From the NCBI RefSeq assembly GCF_009914755.1, contig NC_060937.1: a DNA stretch of 64,000 bases. One strand, written 5' to 3'. This document shows positions 61,401 to 64,000 of the stretch, in pieces. The first letter of the stretch is position 1. Every line of letters starts with the position of its first letter. This stretch comes from the human T2T-CHM13v2.0 reference genome, Homo sapiens. A program made the position numbers and the translations under genes. Below the pieces are notes generated by a model. That model worked only from the letters and a program-made list of their open reading frames with translations. It searched no databases and was not told the DNA's origin.

Positions 61401-61984
61401 TGGCTACCAAAAGGTGGAAGTGGCCCAGTCAAGACAGAAGCAGTATGGTCAAGAACAAAAGTTATGTCAGTTTTTTGGGATGCTCAAGGTATTTTACTTG
61501 TTGACTTTCTGGAGGGCCAAAGAACATCAGTTGCTTATTGTTGAGAGTGTTTTGAGAAACTTAGCTAAATCTTTAGTGGAAGAACATTATCAGAATACTT
61601 CACCAAAGAGTCCTTCACCACGAAAATGCTCTTGCTCATTTCTCTTATTATTCAAGGGCAATTTTGAGAGAGTTTCAATGGGAAATCACTAGGCATTCAA
61701 CTTATGGTCCTGATTTGGCTATTTCTACCTTCTTTTTGTTTCTCAATCTGAAATATCTTTAAGGTACACCAATTTTTCTTCAATTAATGTAAAAAAAAAA
61801 CTGAATTGACATGATTGAATTCCCAAGATGCAGATTTTTTTTAGGGAGGGACTAAGTGACTGGTATCATTGCTTACAGAGGTTCCTTGAACCTGATGGAG
61901 CTCATGTTGACAAATGAAATTTACATTTTTCATTTTATCTTTTAATTCCATTTTTTTTCTAACAAGCTTTTAAAAGTCATCGTG
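58463..61984 (+). mobile_element. Full-length HSMAR2 mariner transposon (58463-58705 + 60936-61984), split by THE1
   Basis: TA-flanked termini aaaggggtctctaagaagttcatg / aagcttttaaaagtcatcgtg. Transposase remnants NSAKIEARTNIKF, KFSARWVSKLL, IVTGDETW and a YGPDLA motif (~61703). Confidence 0.93.
58706..60935 (+). mobile_element. Two-LTR MaLR provirus, THE1D-like (LTR 58706-59072, internal 59073-60574, LTR 60575-60935)
   Basis: Two direct ~365-bp LTRs (t[ag]atat[ag]gttaggctttgtgtcccca...ccatgattgtaagtttcctgagg...). THE1-int start (actttggaactgggtaacaggcagaggtt) and a purine-rich tract before the 3' LTR. Confidence 0.95.
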
Positions 61985-62509
61985 TACAGTTTGGATTGAT
62001 TAAATTTTTATTTTGTGAATACATTGTCTTTAGAATCTCTTTAAATGAGGGGAAAAGGTGGCTTTTGTTACACTTTAAAATATGATTTAGATTATTAAAA
62101 TGTTGACTTACATACAACATTTCGAGATAATATTTAGCTTAAAATATCTTGAATGTAAAATCATCTTAAAATCAATTTTAGATTTTTTATGAATTTAATA
62201 TATCCTTATAACCATCTTTTATTGGAGGTATTGCTAAAAATATATTCACAAATTGATTGGTATCATCCCTTCAAGTTCCCCTAAAATGTAAGTAAGAGTC
62301 ATTTTGAAGATACAGTTGAACTGCAAAACTTTACTCAGATATACAGTTTGTTACATGCATTCATAATTGATTTTTTCAATTTGGGTTTCCATTTTAGCAT
62401 CATATTTTAACTATGCTGACAGTGCACTTTCTCATACTCCTGATTGTTTTTCCACTCTAGCCTAGTCAACAATATCATTTTCATGAGATTTTGGTGAAGC
62501 ATCTACATC

Positions 62510-62815
62510 TATAACTAGAAAGGCACAGAAATTAGAACCAAAGAACTAACAATCAAATCTCAGATTTCCTATGTATAAACTCTACAACCTTAAGAAATTT
62601 CATGAACCAAATTAAGAAAATTATTGGTTTGGTTTGAATAATTTCATTAACCAAATCAATGAAATTATTCAAACTCTCTGTGAGACAGTTTTCTCATTTG
62701 TAAACTCTGCATAACAATAGTGCTGAGATCATAAGATGCTGATGAAGAGTAAATGCCTTATATAAAATGTTTAGAAGAGTCTTTGGCCAGATAATTTTAA
62801 TAAAAATGTTTTGTA
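62510..62815 (+). mobile_element. MIR with an internal templated insertion
   Basis: aactctctgtgagacagttttctcatttgtaaa core. Confidence 0.65.
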
Positions 62816-63049
62816 TTTCTACTTTAAAGTACATTTAGTCACTATAATCAAATAATATATAATTTGACATCTATTTGTTGCATTCCTGGGTGTTTGCTAA
62901 GGACAAAGCCTGAGTAAGAGCATTGCTCCCCCCATCATTACAAAGCTAATAGTAAAACATTGTTATTTTAATACCTCTCATAAGATTTATAAAAACTGAC
63001 ACGTTTGTATTACTTCTCTTTGTACCAGATTTAAATGGAGATATTGAGC

Positions 63050-63761
<712 letters not shown>

Positions 63762-64000
63762 TGCATACGTTGCATGTAGTGTCTTATTCTATACAAAGGT
63801 AAGCATAATTTATATCACTGGCAAAAGCCTCCACTAATCTTTGCAACTATGGGACAGCAAAAGTTTTCTCATGATATCCTCTACCATCATCTCTATCTGA
63901 TCTTGGGTTATCACTTTTTAAGAGACATGACCAAATAGTTCTGGAGATTCATTTCCTTCTCCTTTTTAGTAACAGAGAGTTGTTTCAATTGAACTGTGTA

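Noticed and set aside
61137-61692. Active mariner transposase
   Set aside because: Split by THE1, with multiple stops and frameshifts and degenerate motifs.

Overview
AT-rich primate (very probably human) genomic DNA that is dominated by transposable elements. It looks like a gene desert or a large intron. No host protein-coding gene, RNA gene or CRISPR array is recognisable. Every long ORF in the track comes from L1, ERVL, mariner, Alu or simple repeats. Main contents: a full-length but dead L1PA5-like element with a 14-bp target-site duplication (TSD) at 6807-12955; a young L1PA2-like element with a twin-priming 5' inversion, nested in an older L1MA that is also 5'-inverted (26.2-33.2 kb); a degraded ERVL pol-integrase-dUTPase segment with its LTR (20.2-25.5 kb); a complete HSMAR2 mariner split by a two-LTR THE1 MaLR provirus (58.5-62 kb); eight Alus; ERV1 solo LTRs; MER20, Tigger3a and MADE1; and many L2/MIR remnants. 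Repeat subfamily names come from my memory of consensus sequences and need RepeatMasker/Dfam confirmation. I cannot support a new biological system here. The best leads are: (1) an open L1 ORF0 that reads through the element end into flanking DNA (206 aa); (2) a 65-nt polyadenylated, TSD-flanked retrocopy of an ERV1-LTR-terminated transcript; (3) an Alu split by a microhomology template-switch inversion that left a ~140-bp inverted duplication; (4) two small frame-compatible candidate exons at 51.8-52.5 kb.
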